This document shows positions 43,071-55,660 of a DNA stretch of 64,000 bases, piece by piece; position 1 is the first letter of the stretch; each line of letters starts with the position of its first letter. The position numbers were made by a program, and so were the translations under genes. The stretch comes from Pachysolen tannophilus NRRL Y-2460 (Eukaryota), in contig KV454015.1 of assembly GCA_001661245.1 (NCBI GenBank), positions 186,001-250,000 on the forward strand, given 5' to 3'. The notes under the pieces are model-generated. The model was not told where the DNA came from, made no database searches, and saw only the letters and a program-made list of their open reading frames with translations.

Positions 43071-45569
43071 TCACTGCATATTATTTGCAGTTTTAAATTT
43101 ATCCCAAGCTTGATTCAATACCACGAATACAGCTTGTGCAATCATCTTTTGTTCGACGGTGGCATCACTACTAATCTTGTCTGGATGTGTTTTTGAAACC
43201 GCTTTTAGATAAATAATCTTTACTTTTTTGTTTAAAACTAAATCTGCAATGCTAACTGGTTTCCAATTTAATTCTTTCCAAAGAATTTTGTCTAATGACG
43301 CTAGCAAGGCTCTCAAATTATCTTCTTTACCTAATTTCCAATTATTTAACTGTTCTTCAATCTTATCATGCAACAGGAACCTCTCATTTTCTTCGATTTC
43401 TGTTTTATTTGATTGTTGTTTAAATTTTTGCAAGTTTTCATTGTTGTTTTCATTAAACGTGGAAGTTTTAGGTTTAGGCTCAGATTTTGGCATTGATTGT
43501 GATTTTTGTGTTGGTTTTGTTTTTGGTTTTGAGCTTTTCGGTTGCAAAATATCGAGACATCTTTTCTTACCATCCATTACGGCTTTGCTCATACCACCAT
43601 TTTCAATCAATAAGTTATAAGATTCTAATGCATCTTTGAATTTTTCCATATGCTCTAAACCTTCTGCCTTCCTAGTTAATAGTTTTATCCATATTGGCTT
43701 TAAAGGTTTATTTTCATCTATATTTAATTCGTTAAATTTTGAGATGGGGATATTGTACGAATTAATCAAATTCATAGCATTTTCAACATTTGCTAAAGTT
43801 TCTTTAGAATTACCTAATTTTGCATAAACATTTGAAAGGTTGGATAACGCAATAATTGTTAATCTATGATTTAATGGTAATGTATTCAAAGAAAGTTGAT
43901 ATTGCTCTAAAGCCGATGAAAAATCACCTTTTTTGTAGAAATCGTTTCCTAATTCTTTTAAAGAATTGAATTTTCCTATTGCTTCTTGAGATATTGCAAT
44001 TTCCGGAATATCAACTGAGTTCTTTTGCTTCGAAGGTGATTGTCTTGAAGTTGAAGGAGATGAACCAGAGCTAACTGGAGGATTTGGTACATTGAAAATT
44101 GCGAATGGATCATCTGATTCGAGTATATTTTGTTGTTGAGTATTCAAGTTGTTATTTGAAACCGAGGCCTGTGTCAGTGGTATCGGTTGAGAGTTGGAAC
44201 TTTTAATAGAAGCTTTATCTGACTGAGATTCTGATTCCTGATTATTATTAAACCTTCTACGGTTTCTTGATGGTAATGGATCATCAAATTTGCTACTGCT
44301 CAGCGATGATTTTGTAATATTATTATCACTATTCCTACCAAGGCTACTGTGCCTACTGATATTAGTTCCATCAGAACCATTTTTCGCTCTTGCTCTCCTT
44401 CTACGTTCTGCTTCTTCTCTTTCCTTTTCCAGTCTCAATTTCTTATCTTTTAATCTTTGCAATTCCACAATTTTTCTCATTTGTTGTTGATCGAAATCAT
44501 CGCCTCCTTCATAATCTTCATTTTGTTCTTTCATTGATCGTGATTTATAAATGGCCTGATTCTTCATCCATATTGGTTGGTTATCGTTTTGTTGAAATTG
44601 TTGTTCTCTATACATTTCAATACCTTTTGCTAAAGTTTCTCTACCTTTTGAAAAAAGAGAAAATGCTTTAGTTTTCAATTCCGATGTTAATTCATTGACT
44701 GCTTGTCCAATATCGATATCAAGATCAAGTTCATCTTGTGCTGAAGAAGGTCTATTATTATTATGTTCATTTCTATTATTATGTGAAGCAGCTATTTTAT
44801 TAGAATGTGATTTTGATTTTAAATTTGAGTTTCTATGAGCTTCATTCAAAATATATGAGATTGCTTCTTGTACATTTATTCCATCTGAAGTATTATTCAA
44901 TGCTTCATTTGCTCTTTCAACATCAAATCCCATTTCAACCAATTCCAGTAACGATTCATCTCTTTTTGCAGAACCATTTTCCAGGTTCGCACTTGAATGA
45001 GGTCTCTGAGGTCTTTCTGGTCTTGGAGGTGAATGTTGTTGTCTAAAAGAATGCTGTGAACTTTGAACTGAATCACTTACTTGAGAATACTTGTTCATTT
45101 CCTCATTAGGGAAAGCATCGGTAAAATCTTCATCACCAAACAAATTATTCATAGAACTTGCTTCAGTCGAGTAAACTCCATCTTTCCCATTACCATTGAA
45201 TATCAGGAAATCATCTTGACCAACATCTATCTTTGACAGCTCCGTTGGTACCAGTTGCTCGGATTTGACAGTACTAGATAAAAATTCAAATTCATTCAAA
45301 TTTGAAACTGAAGTAGAAGCAGAACCACCGATCAAACCACTATCCCTACTAATATTCTTATTGTTTTTTTTATTCGATTCCAATAAATCTAACCCAGACC
45401 AACTACCATTATCATTATTCTTCTTCAAATTATTACCATTCTGATGTGAAATTTGTGATTTCTGCCTTTCTGATAATGAAAGTTTCTCAAGTTTCTCTTG
45501 ATTCACCTTCTTATTGGTATTAAAAGAACTCAAAAGATCAGCAAACTTATCCTGCTTCTGCTGCGACAT
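43071..45569 (-). CDS. SWA2: Auxilin-like clathrin-uncoating factor Swa2 (UBA-TPR-J)
   Basis: UBA (LVEMGF), TPR (KELGNDFYKKGDF) and C-terminal J domain (NLRALLASL, KTHPDK, LNQAWDKF). Confidence 0.92.
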   Translation of the reverse strand: MSQQKQDKFADLLSSFNTNKKVNQEKLEKLSLSERQKSQISHQNGNNLKKNNDNGSWSGLDLLESNKKNNKNISRDSGLIGGSASTSVSNLNEFEFLSSTVKSEQLVPTELSKIDVGQDDFLIFNGNGKDGVYSTEASSMNNLFGDEDFTDAFPNEEMNKYSQVSDSVQSSQHSFRQQHSPPRPERPQRPHSSANLENGSAKRDESLLELVEMGFDVERANEALNNTSDGINVQEAISYILNEAHRNSNLKSKSHSNKIAASHNNRNEHNNNRPSSAQDELDLDIDIGQAVNELTSELKTKAFSLFSKGRETLAKGIEMYREQQFQQNDNQPIWMKNQAIYKSRSMKEQNEDYEGGDDFDQQQMRKIVELQRLKDKKLRLEKEREEAERRRRARAKNGSDGTNISRHSSLGRNSDNNITKSSLSSSKFDDPLPSRNRRRFNNNQESESQSDKASIKSSNSQPIPLTQASVSNNNLNTQQQNILESDDPFAIFNVPNPPVSSGSSPSTSRQSPSKQKNSVDIPEIAISQEAIGKFNSLKELGNDFYKKGDFSSALEQYQLSLNTLPLNHRLTIIALSNLSNVYAKLGNSKETLANVENAMNLINSYNIPISKFNELNIDENKPLKPIWIKLLTRKAEGLEHMEKFKDALESYNLLIENGGMSKAVMDGKKRCLDILQPKSSKPKTKPTQKSQSMPKSEPKPKTSTFNENNNENLQKFKQQSNKTEIEENERFLLHDKIEEQLNNWKLGKEDNLRALLASLDKILWKELNWKPVSIADLVLNKKVKIIYLKAVSKTHPDKISSDATVEQKMIAQAVFVVLNQAWDKFKTANNMQ

Positions 45570-45883
45570 CTGATCTTAATAGCTACCTCGTTGATTCCTT
45601 CCTTCCTTCTACCGTATTCTCCTTTCTAAATCTCTTTTGCTATTTGAACTTTTCATTTAGAAATCCATAATTCACTACTTTTGGCCGTATTATTTGAATT
45701 TTTCAAATTGGAAAAAAAATTGTAAAAATTCAAAGAAACTAAAAGAAAAGAAGAAGTTTATAAATAAATTATAATTATAAATATTGTTATCGATATAGTT
45801 TGTGGCTATCCTTGTGATTGAAGTTTTGCTAGGTTTGATTGTTGTTGTAGTAGTTGTTGTTGTTGTCGTTGCTGTTGTTGGAT

Positions 45884-47386
45884 ATGTCATCTTTTGTTAG
45901 GAAACCATTTGATCCTATTACTGTTAGTTCTACTGACAAGAGGCGTGTTGCTTATTTTTACGATTCGGATGTTGGTAATTATTCATATGGTACTGGGCAT
46001 CCTATGAAGCCTCATCGTATAAGAATGGCCCATTCGTTGATTATGAATTATGGGTTGTATAAGAAGATGGAAATCTATAGGGCTAAACCGGCCACTAAGC
46101 AAGAAATGTGTCAATTTCATTCAGATGAATATATTGATTTTCTTTCAAGAGTTACTCCAGATAATTTAGATTTATTTCAAAAAGAGCAAGTTAAATTTAA
46201 TGCTGGTGAAGATTGTCCTATTTTTGATGGGTTATATGAATTTTGTGGTATTTCAGGAGGTGGTTCAATGGAAGGTGCTGCAAGGTTAAATAGAGGTAAA
46301 TGTGATATTGCAATAAATTATGCTGGTGGTTTACATCATGCTAAAAAATCAGAAGCTTCTGGTTTTTGTTATTTAAATGATATTGTATTAGGTATTATAG
46401 AGTTGTTGAGGTATCATCCAAGAGTATTATATATCGATATTGATGTTCATCATGGTGATGGTGTTGAAGAAGCTTTTTATACTACTGATAGAGTTATGAC
46501 TTGTTCTTTCCATAAATATGGTGAATTTTTCCCCGGTACTGGTGAACTTCGTGATATTGGTGTTGGTAAGGGTAAACATCATGCTGTAAATGTTCCATTA
46601 AGAGATGGAATTGATGATGCAACTTATAGATCGATTTTTGAACCTCTTATCAAAAGAATTATGGATTGGTATCAACCTTCAGCTGTAGTTTTACAATGTG
46701 GTGGTGATTCTTTAAGTGGTGATAAATTAGGTTGTTTTAATTTATCAATGAGAGGTCATGCAAATTGTGTTAATTATGTTAAATCGTTTAATATTCCAAT
46801 GATGGTTGTTGGAGGTGGTGGTTATACTATGAGAAATGTTGCTAGAACATGGACTTATGAAACTGGACTATTAAATAATGTCTTGTTAGATTCAGAATTA
46901 CCTTATAACGATTATTATGAATATTATGGACCAGATTATAAATTAGATGTTAGACCATCTAATATGCATAATGCAAATTCTCCAGAATATTTAGATAAAA
47001 TTTTAACTCAAATTTATGCAAATTTAGAAAATACTAAACATGCACCTTCAGTTCAAATGAATTATGTTCCACCGGATATGGAAGATTTTGGAGATGTTGA
47101 GGAAGATACCGCTTTGGCAAAAGATACTCAAGGAGGGTCTCAATACGCTAGAGATAATATGGTCATGGGTGATAATGAGTTTTACGATGATGATGCTCAA
47201 GCTGAAGGAATCAATTCTAAAAATATTGAAGATAATAGCAAAGAAACAGAAAATCGTACCAGTAGAGTATCTATAATGCAACCTTTATTTGAAGATTCAA
47301 ATAAGGAAAAAAAGGAAAATGACGTTACTAGTACTAACGTCCCATTTTCTACTCTTAAAAATGGAGAAGGTGAACATAAAAAATAA
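45884..47386 (+). CDS. RPD3: Class I histone deacetylase Rpd3
   Basis: [42 protein letters not shown] and GGGGY motifs; ATG at 45884. Confidence 0.97.
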   Translation: MSSFVRKPFDPITVSSTDKRRVAYFYDSDVGNYSYGTGHPMKPHRIRMAHSLIMNYGLYKKMEIYRAKPATKQEMCQFHSDEYIDFLSRVTPDNLDLFQKEQVKFNAGEDCPIFDGLYEFCGISGGGSMEGAARLNRGKCDIAINYAGGLHHAKKSEASGFCYLNDIVLGIIELLRYHPRVLYIDIDVHHGDGVEEAFYTTDRVMTCSFHKYGEFFPGTGELRDIGVGKGKHHAVNVPLRDGIDDATYRSIFEPLIKRIMDWYQPSAVVLQCGGDSLSGDKLGCFNLSMRGHANCVNYVKSFNIPMMVVGGGGYTMRNVARTWTYETGLLNNVLLDSELPYNDYYEYYGPDYKLDVRPSNMHNANSPEYLDKILTQIYANLENTKHAPSVQMNYVPPDMEDFGDVEEDTALAKDTQGGSQYARDNMVMGDNEFYDDDAQAEGINSKNIEDNSKETENRTSRVSIMQPLFEDSNKEKKENDVTSTNVPFSTLKNGEGEHKK

Positions 47387-47419
47387 TTAATTAACTTATT
47401 GTAACAGTTACTATATAAT

Positions 47420-47455
<36 letters not shown>

Positions 47456-47651
47456 AAGAAAAAAAAAAATGATTAGATTTTGTAATAAAATTTTAACAAA
47501 CCATTGGATCAATAGTAGTTTAATCATTAGCTGATTTATAATGTCGTTATCACAGCTGGAACACTATCAATGCCACTATCAATGCTCGCTGTGAATGCTC
47601 ACCGTCAACGCACACTGCTTCTGCCTATATTCCAGCTGTCCTACATACAAT

Positions 47652-48061
47652 NNNNNNNNNNNNNNNNNNNNNNNNNNNNNNNNNNNNNNNNNNNNNNNNN
47701 NNNNNNNNNNNNNNNNNNNNNNNNNNNNNNNNNNNNNNNNNNNNNNNNNNNNNNNNNNNNNNNNNNNNNNNNNNNNNNNNNNNNNNNNNNNNNNNNNNNN
47801 NNNNNNNNNNNNNNNNNNNNNNNNNNNNNNNNNNNNNNNNNNNNNNNNNNNNNNNNNNNNNNNNNNNNNNNNNNNNNNNNNNNNNNNNNNNNNNNNNNNN
47901 NNNNNNNNNNNNNNNNNNNNNNNNNNNNNNNNNNNNNNNNNNNNNNNNNNNNNNNNNNNNNNNNNNNNNNNNNNNNNNNNNNNNNNNNNNNNNNNNNNNN
48001 NNNNNNNNNNNNNNNNNNNNNNNNNNNNNNNNNNNNNNNNNNNNNNNNNNNNNNNNNNNNN
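47652..48061. other. Assembly gap (N run)
   Basis: Contiguous n characters. Confidence 0.99.
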
Positions 48062-48097
48062 TTTTTTATTTTTTTTTTCATTTTTTTTGGCTGAGAA

Positions 48098-48108
48098 AAA
48101 ATTTTTCA
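48098..48108 (-). promoter_or_regulatory. RRPE element (TGAAAAATTTT) upstream of NOP10
   Basis: AAAATTTTTCA on the + strand, about 130 bp upstream of a ribosome-biogenesis gene. Confidence 0.55.
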
Positions 48109-48238
48109 CTCACTATAGAAATAAGAGATAAAATACAAAATTATACAGTGTAATTATAATTATATAGTAACTAATCATTATAAATTCTTTATCAAAATTT
48201 AATCTTAGTTTTATTAGTTATTGGGATTGATATTGAGG

Positions 48239-48433
48239 ATGCATTTAATGTACACTTTGGGGCCTGATGGCAAGAGAATATATACTTTAAAGAAAATTAC
48301 TGATTCTGGGGAAATAACGAAAAGTGCTCATCCAGCTAGATTTTCACCAGATGATAAGTATTCAAGACAGAGAGTATTATTGAAGAAAAGATTCAATATG
48401 TTACCAACACAGCAAGAGGACTTGAAATATTAG
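48239..48433 (+). CDS. NOP10: H/ACA snoRNP subunit Nop10
   Basis: [19 protein letters not shown]...[18 protein letters not shown]. Confidence 0.97.
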   Translation: MHLMYTLGPDGKRIYTLKKITDSGEITKSAHPARFSPDDKYSRQRVLLKKRFNMLPTQQEDLKY

Positions 48434-48804
48434 AAATAGATATTAATGATATGGCCAGAATGAGGTGATGTGGTGTAGTTTAGTTTAGTGTGGTTTTAAG
48501 AAAATTTAAATAAGTTTTATACAAAAAAGGTTTCATGTATTGATGGGGAAACTTGTACAATTTTTGAATGAATTCGTTAGGATTTTTATTCCATACGATA
48601 AATATTACTAGAGGAATTGGTAGATGATAATTTAAAAGCGCCATCTAGGCTTGTTTTCCTCTAGTTTAATTTTACTTTTTTTTCTTTTTTCGCTTTTTTT
48701 TATTAATCTATCAAAGGACATTTTTAAATTATATTTACTGTAGATAGCCAGCTATACTTTTAGTCTTTCCCCTTCCATGAGCACCTGTAACCTATAAACT
48801 GAAT

Positions 48805-49125
48805 TTATAAAGGATCTTTTAAATTACCTGTAGCTTCTAAATGGAAGTTTGCATTTCTAATATAGTGTTCCCACATGATAAGTAACATTTCAATGTTCAC
48901 ATTTTCGTAGTTAACTTCAGCTAAAGCATTATTCATTATAACAACAGAATCATTTAAACTTTGCTATTCCAAGAAACAAAAAAAGAAAAAAAAAAAAAGA
49001 AAATAGTTAGTATAATCAAATCAAATTTGTTGTAATATACGCGTTTTTATCTATACGAAACATACCATATTATTAATGATTCTTTCCAAGAGAGCATTCT
49101 GAACTTGCTCATGTGGATTTTCCAT
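48805..49125 (-). CDS. DAD4: DASH/Dam1 complex subunit Dad4, 2 exons (49125-49066, 48963-48805), 72 aa
   Basis: Not in the ORF track. MENPHEQVQNALLERIINNM|QSLNDSV...FHLEATGNLKDPL*; intron 49065-48964 (GTATGT, TACTAAC at 49012-49006, TAG). Confidence 0.93.
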
Positions 49126-49366
49126 TCTTATCTTGTTCCCAGGATTGCTTAAATTAAATTAAAATTTACAATATAATGAATCAACTTATACTATACTAAT
49201 AAATTGTTGTTTACTATATTATAATATTGTTTACTAGACCCAAAAAAAAAGGGAAACAAATGTGTGCAACAAATATCAAAAATCAAAAAAAATAGAGCAT
49301 CGCTCTAACCGGACATCAAAAACTCTCTATGATTATGTAATCCATTACCTCAAGAAATAGGAACAT

Positions 49367-49401
<35 letters not shown>

Positions 49402-50339
49402 TATACGAAATAAAAAGAGGGCGGTTTGGAAGGCTTTTAGGGTGTATGGTGTAGGGTGTGTGATCATGAAGCCCTCGTTTTACTTTATTTAATTTTTAAA
49501 CTTTATAGCATAGTTCCGATAAGATTATGAAAACTCTGTAATTTCAAGTTTTAATTAATATTACTCTCTTAATTAATTGAGCATTAATTTTAAATTTAAT
49601 TAAAAATTTGAAGATCAAACAATAATTGAATTGAAAAAGTCATTCATTATACTTTTTTTTTTTTATTTTTGACTTTTTAATTTTGTCCTCGGTATTATTC
49701 ATATATTTAATCCGAGATTTCGTTGAGTTTATGCACACGACCTCAGATTTTTTCCCCTTATCTCATCACAATGAGGCGGCTCAAAAATATTAATTCTTTG
49801 ACTATGCATAAATCAGCTGAGTACATTATAAAGTAAATTGAATTTCTAGAAGTTGAGAATAGTTTTAGTTGAAAATGAATCAGATAGATTTTGTCATAGC
49901 CTTGATAATAATGAAAAAAAAAAAAAATAACTAGACATATCAAGGATATATAAATTTTTTAACTTTAACTTATCTAACAATTGTGAAAGAGAATAACAGA
50001 TTTCCATAGTCCAATGTCAAATTTCTGGCAATTGATTTAATTACAAAATTCTCCCTTTTAAAAAAGTCTATAGAAGTAACTATTTTTATTTTTATTCTGT
50101 GAAAAAAAAAAAAAATGAAAGTACTACTGGAAATGATATATATGACTCAAATATCTAAAAACTAACATAAAATTATTATTAATAATAATAATATAAAAAA
50201 ATAAAAAATAATAAAAAATTCATCAAAAATGCAGGAAACATCATATAAGTCAACTCAAACTAAAACACGATTTTTATATAAAAAAATTGATTAGAAAATG
50301 GTTTTAATAAAAAAGAAAAAGGAAAAAAAAAGAGTAAGA

Positions 50340-51395
50340 TTACCTTGAAGTATCAACAACGTATCTACCCAAAATCTCACCCTTTTCCATTAAATCGTAA
50401 ACCATTGGTAATTCAGATAAACCAATAACCTTGATTGGTGATTTAACTAAACCTCTGACGTAAAAATCAATGGCTTCAGCAGTATCACATCTGTTACCAA
50501 CATATGAACCTTTAATCTTAACTGATCTAACAACTTGTGAGAAAACTTCAGATTTGCATACTGCACCAGCTGGTAAACCAACCAAGACAACTGTACCTGT
50601 AGGTCTAACATAGTTGACAGAAGCATCAATGGCTCTTTCAGAGACAGAAACATTGATGACAGCATGTGGACCACCATCAGTTGCAGCAATAACATCCTTG
50701 ACGATATCTTTTGTCTTTGTGAAATCAATATATTTTTCAGCACCTAAATCTAAACATAATTTTTCCTTACCGGCACCACCATCAATACCAATAACTCTCA
50801 AGCCCATTGCTTTAGCAAATTGAATAGCTAAAGTACCTAATCCACCACCTGAACCAGAAATACAACACCAATCACCAGGTTTTAATTCAGCAGTTTTAAT
50901 AGCTTTATAAGCTGTAACACCTGCACATAAGATTGGAGCAATTTCACTTAAATTAGTACCTGCTGGGATTCTACCAGCTTGAACAGCATCAGCAGTAGCA
51001 TATTGTTGGAATGAACCATCATGAGTATAACCGGATAAATCTGCATGAGCACAATTTGGTTCATCACCATGCATACAAAATTCACAATTCATACATGAAC
51101 CATTTAACCATTTAATACCAGCTAAATCACCAAGTTTCCAATTTTTAACAGCTGAACCCATACCAACAACAACACCTGCACCTTCATGACCACCAACTAA
51201 TGGAGATTTTGTTGCTAATGGCCAATCACCTTTCCATGCATGTAAATCAGTATGACAAACACCAGAATATAAAACATGAATTAAAAGTTCATTTGGAGCT
51301 GGAGTTGGAACTGGAATATCTTTATAAACTAAAGGATCTCCATTTTTTTCAAAAATAATTGCCTTTTGAATTTTTGGAATTGTTTGTTGCGTCAT
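50340..51395 (-). CDS. ADH: Zn-dependent alcohol dehydrogenase (Adh1/2-type, cytosolic)
   Basis: [23 protein letters not shown], structural-Zn cysteines, [18 protein letters not shown]. Confidence 0.95.
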   Translation of the reverse strand: MTQQTIPKIQKAIIFEKNGDPLVYKDIPVPTPAPNELLIHVLYSGVCHTDLHAWKGDWPLATKSPLVGGHEGAGVVVGMGSAVKNWKLGDLAGIKWLNGSCMNCEFCMHGDEPNCAHADLSGYTHDGSFQQYATADAVQAGRIPAGTNLSEIAPILCAGVTAYKAIKTAELKPGDWCCISGSGGGLGTLAIQFAKAMGLRVIGIDGGAGKEKLCLDLGAEKYIDFTKTKDIVKDVIAATDGGPHAVINVSVSERAIDASVNYVRPTGTVVLVGLPAGAVCKSEVFSQVVRSVKIKGSYVGNRCDTAEAIDFYVRGLVKSPIKVIGLSELPMVYDLMEKGEILGRYVVDTSR

Positions 51396-52742
51396 ATTTA
51401 TATAAATTTTTTTTTTTAATATTAAAATTAACCACTATAGTATATATATAATAATTAATTTATACTAATTAATGGAATTTATAGGTTATAATTAAAAACT
51501 ATTTAAAAAAAATATAATTATTTTAATAAAAAACCTTTGCTTTATATATTACAACAATTCTCCATTAATTTCTTTAATATTTTTTAAAATATTAAAGAAA
51601 TCAGAACATAAATAATAATACCATCCGTATGCACTTAACTGTTTGACAACCGGTGATAAAACTTTAATACCAATTAAATCACTATATGTTAACAAACAAA
51701 AACAGAAATGGTAACATAGATAGATATAGTACCGAAATACATAAGGAGAGGCGAAGATTTTTTTTAAAACCCTATTTTATTTTTTTAACATTTTACTATA
51801 CAAACGATAAAAGCGAATGATGTGTTGCCTTTTTTTTTTTTTTTTTAGTTTTTGTCTTTCGTTTCTTATTAAGATATGGTTCGGTATTCGGTTCTCATTA
51901 ACATAATTAACCGCTTAGTTTAACATAGTAAATGACTTCTTCTTTCCATAAAGAATTAAAAAAATAAAAAAAAAACACCCGATTTTTTTTTTCTATTTTT
52001 TTTTTAGAAAATTTAGAAATTTTACTTTTCTAGAACCCATGTGGAGGTACGTACCATGCTACTACTACATGTTTGATGACATGCTAAATATGAATTCCTC
52101 AGCTGTTGCAATCAATGATTTCTTGAGCAACTTTTTTCGTTCATACATATAGTCATAATCATTTTTTTTTGCTTTTTACTCTTTCCCCGCCCGCCTCTTC
52201 TACAAAGTAATTCTCTTCTTCTTCTTCTTCTTCTGCTTCTTCTTCTTGTATACTAATATTAAATTATTGACTAGTATCTATTGTAGGTAAAAAAATCGGG
52301 TTTAAACATTTATTATTCTCTTTGTAGCTTTACAACTTTACAGTTTCTTTTTTTATTATTATTATTATTGTTGTTGTTGTTGTTGCATATAGACGGAGAA
52401 ATGGATTACGAATTACATCAAATTTAGCGGACCCCGATACAAATAATTGTTGCTTTTTAATTATTTTAATTAAATAAATAAGGTCGGAAGTATGTATGGG
52501 AAATCATGTGACTCGGATATCTGATCTCCAGGGTATAAGGTGGTGTAAAGACGAGTGGTGTAAAGACGATTATGATGATTATGATGATGATAGTTTTCTT
52601 CTTTTCTTTTTTTTTTTTTTTTTTTTCTTACAATTCGAAATAGATATGAACATTTCATCTATTAATAATAAAAATCATGATTCCCAGAAAATAATAATAA
52701 AAAAAAAAAACAAAACCCGTAAGTAACTAATTAATTAACTAT

Positions 52743-53231
52743 TTAAATAAATTTATTTTTATCCCAAACATCATCTTGAATAAAATTTATTAAAGATTTA
52801 CTACCTGTTTGTAATAAAGGATGACCAGCAACAACAATTAAAAATTTTTCTAAACCTTTTCTTCTTTCTTCTATAAATTCATCATCAAAATTATTACTAT
52901 GAAATGATAAAAAATTTATTGATTTTTCTGGTAATCTTGGTATAACAACTCTTGAACTTTCTAATTCTAATATTTTTCTAAATGAATCAAAATCAGAATA
53001 TCTTCTTCTTACTCTTGAATATTTTTTTTTAAAAGCTGGAATATTAGTTCTACATACAATTTCATAATCTGTATACATATTATTCCCAGTACCATGAGTT
53101 CTTGGATTTTTCACTTCAATTTCTAAAAAATTTTCTGGTTCTCCATATAATTCATCAAATGTTTGTTTATGATTACTATGTTTTGATTTAGAAGAATCCT
53201 CAAATGAAGTGAATGGATTGACTGTTGGCAT
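52743..53231 (-). CDS. SNX3: Sorting nexin Snx3/Grd19 (PX domain)
   Basis: [36 protein letters not shown] and AGHPLLQ motifs; ATG at 53231. Confidence 0.94.
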   Translation of the reverse strand: MPTVNPFTSFEDSSKSKHSNHKQTFDELYGEPENFLEIEVKNPRTHGTGNNMYTDYEIVCRTNIPAFKKKYSRVRRRYSDFDSFRKILELESSRVVIPRLPEKSINFLSFHSNNFDDEFIEERRKGLEKFLIVVAGHPLLQTGSKSLINFIQDDVWDKNKFI

Positions 53232-54042
53232 CTCTTTAAAAAAAAAAACCAAAAAGAAAGAATAAAAACCAATTATCTTATCTACAATATCACAATAATT
53301 TTTTTTTTATAAAAATCTTTAAAAATTGGTAGTATTCTCTTTACCTTATCTTTTTCTAAAAGAGATAAATTATGTCCATTCACTCATTTTTACTAAATAC
53401 AATTTTTTATTACAACATTAAATTACATTATCATTTCCCAAAATGGAAATATTAAAACACCAGCGCACGACTATTTAAACGTATTCTTAAAACGGTAATT
53501 TTGTTTATATTGCAATACACTACTTTATTTTGTTTTTCCCCAAATGGAATTATTAGTACTACAACGCACGACTAATATGGGTTTCCCAAAACGGCAACAA
53601 CTGTACTTAGCGACACGACTATGTTTTCAAAATATTTTTTTTTAATTTTTCTTAGTGATCATAAGTACGCCGAATAAATTGGGGAGCTATCGGTTGAGCT
53701 TCGAGGCTTTTTTTCTTAATTCCGGCGTACAATTCAGCATTTTCGCAAAGAAACACAAAGAAACACAAAAAACAAAGGAAAAAAAAGCATTTCCGAATTC
53801 GGATATTTGTGTTTGGTAAACACGACCTGTGATTTTTCATTGAAAAAGCTAACGACAACGACAGAACTATACCGACCGACGGTTACATCACATAAATATA
53901 TATATGATATATGATATATGATACATATATATATATCTATATAATTATTTCTTTGATTGAATTCAAAATTAGCTAGATAGATAGAGCTTGTGCTTTTATA
54001 AGGATCTATAAGCTTTGTTTAAAGTTGTATTGCTAATAAATT

Positions 54043-55251
54043 ATGAACGAAGCGAATCTCCAGTATGAGCCAGATTATGGTCAGCAGTCGTACTTAAACG
54101 AGAACCCAGATTTGTATCAGCAGCAGCAGCAACATCATCAACAACAGCAACATCAACAGCATCAGCAGCATCAGCAGCTGCAGCAGGTACAGTTGACCGA
54201 GGAGCAGTTTCGGCAATATCAGAAGCATCATCATGAGCAACATGATCAGATGCATCAAGTCTCGGGGAGTGAAGTTTCTGTACCCGAACATCAGCATTTT
54301 AATCAAGATCAGCAGCAACACCAGCAACACCAACAACACCAAAATCAAATAGTTGGAGGAGGACAGATGGATGAAGAAGAGATTGAAGAAGATGATGAAG
54401 AAGAAGGAGAAGAAGGAGTGGAAGGAGTGGAAGATGTTGGTGATGGTGTTGATGTTGATGATGATGATGACGATGAGTTTGGTGCAGGGGGAGCTTTTGC
54501 CAATGTAGGTCAAGGCTTAAGTGGGAAGTACAAAAATATGATGATGCAATATTGGCAAGAAACAATTAATTCTATTGAACATGATGAGCACGATTTTAAA
54601 AACCATCAATTACCATTAGCAAGAATTAAAAAAGTTATGAAAACTGATGAAGAAGTAAGGATGATCAGTGCTGAAGCTCCTATTTTATTTGCAAAAGGTT
54701 GTGATATCTTTATTACGGAATTAACAATGAGAGCTTGGATTCATGCTGAAGAAAATAAAAGGAGAACTTTACAAAGATCAGATATAGCTGCAGCATTACA
54801 AAAATCGGATATGTTTGATTTCTTGATTGATATAGTACCAAGAGAAGAGGAAAAACCGAAAAAAAATAATAATCATCATCATAATACCAGCAGAAATTCA
54901 TCAACTGTCCCAAATGTCCCTCTACCACAACATCAACAAGAACCTAACTACCAAGCTATGCACCAACTGTATCAACAACAACAACAACAACAGAACCAAC
55001 AACACCAGCAATCAATACCCCAAGTACATCACCAACAGGTGCACGAATCTGAATCGGCCACCGATCGGAATTTGTTACAGCAACACTTGTTACAACAACA
55101 GTTATTGCAGCAGCAACAGCTGCACCAGCATCTGCACCATCAGCAACAGAGACTGCAAAATTACGCTATTCCAGGTGGTAACCCAGGAATTCCCGACAAT
55201 ACAGACTCATATGCCACACATGAAAATAATAATAATGATAATGGTTATTAA
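54043..55251 (+). CDS. HAP5: CCAAT-binding factor subunit Hap5 (NF-YC)
   Basis: [45 protein letters not shown]...[13 protein letters not shown]-rich flanks. Confidence 0.96.
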   Translation: MNEANLQYEPDYGQQSYLNENPDLYQQQQQHHQQQQHQQHQQHQQLQQVQLTEEQFRQYQKHHHEQHDQMHQVSGSEVSVPEHQHFNQDQQQHQQHQQHQNQIVGGGQMDEEEIEEDDEEEGEEGVEGVEDVGDGVDVDDDDDDEFGAGGAFANVGQGLSGKYKNMMMQYWQETINSIEHDEHDFKNHQLPLARIKKVMKTDEEVRMISAEAPILFAKGCDIFITELTMRAWIHAEENKRRTLQRSDIAAALQKSDMFDFLIDIVPREEEKPKKNNNHHHNTSRNSSTVPNVPLPQHQQEPNYQAMHQLYQQQQQQQNQQHQQSIPQVHHQQVHESESATDRNLLQQHLLQQQLLQQQQLHQHLHHQQQRLQNYAIPGGNPGIPDNTDSYATHENNNNDNGY

Positions 55252-55660
55252 GGTAACTAACATCTTAAAAAAACAACTTTTTTTTTTTCTTTTTCTGTAT
55301 AGCTTTCTTTACAGGATTTACTTCTCTTTAATTTTTGTTCTTTTTGTTATGTTGGTGAATGGTTGCTTTTTTTTATTTTCTTTTCTTTTCTTTTCTGTAT
55401 TCTTTTTTTGATTTATGGATGATGATAACTGTTGTGTCTTTTTTTTTCATTTTGTTTTTCCTTTTATTCTAACGTTGTATTATAAAACTTTAGAGACAAA
55501 ACAATTAAAATTTATATAATAAAAATTATATTCTGTACTAATTTACAATACGATGTTATTTTGTAGTTGAAGTGGTTGCATTCAACTTGTATTACGTTAA
55601 TTTCAAACTCTATAAATAACCTATAACAAATATGCATATATATATTTTTCATTTACAATA

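Noticed and set aside
35446..45883. TTG/GTG-initiated N-terminal extensions in the ORF track (OMA1, TFB1, RPD3 and others)
   Set aside because: They are bacterial-style start calls running through poly-T or GTT leaders; the first ATG matches homolog starts.
6898..48131. ORF-track entries spanning N runs (6898-7498, 29741-30664, 32280-33062, 47570-48131)
   Set aside because: They are artefacts of translating assembly gaps and flanking microsatellites or homopolymers.
49410..49900. Small hairpins and a tRNA-like TGGTGTAG word between DAD4 and ADH
   Set aside because: There is no cloverleaf or B-box (GTTCGA), and stems are only about 5 bp.
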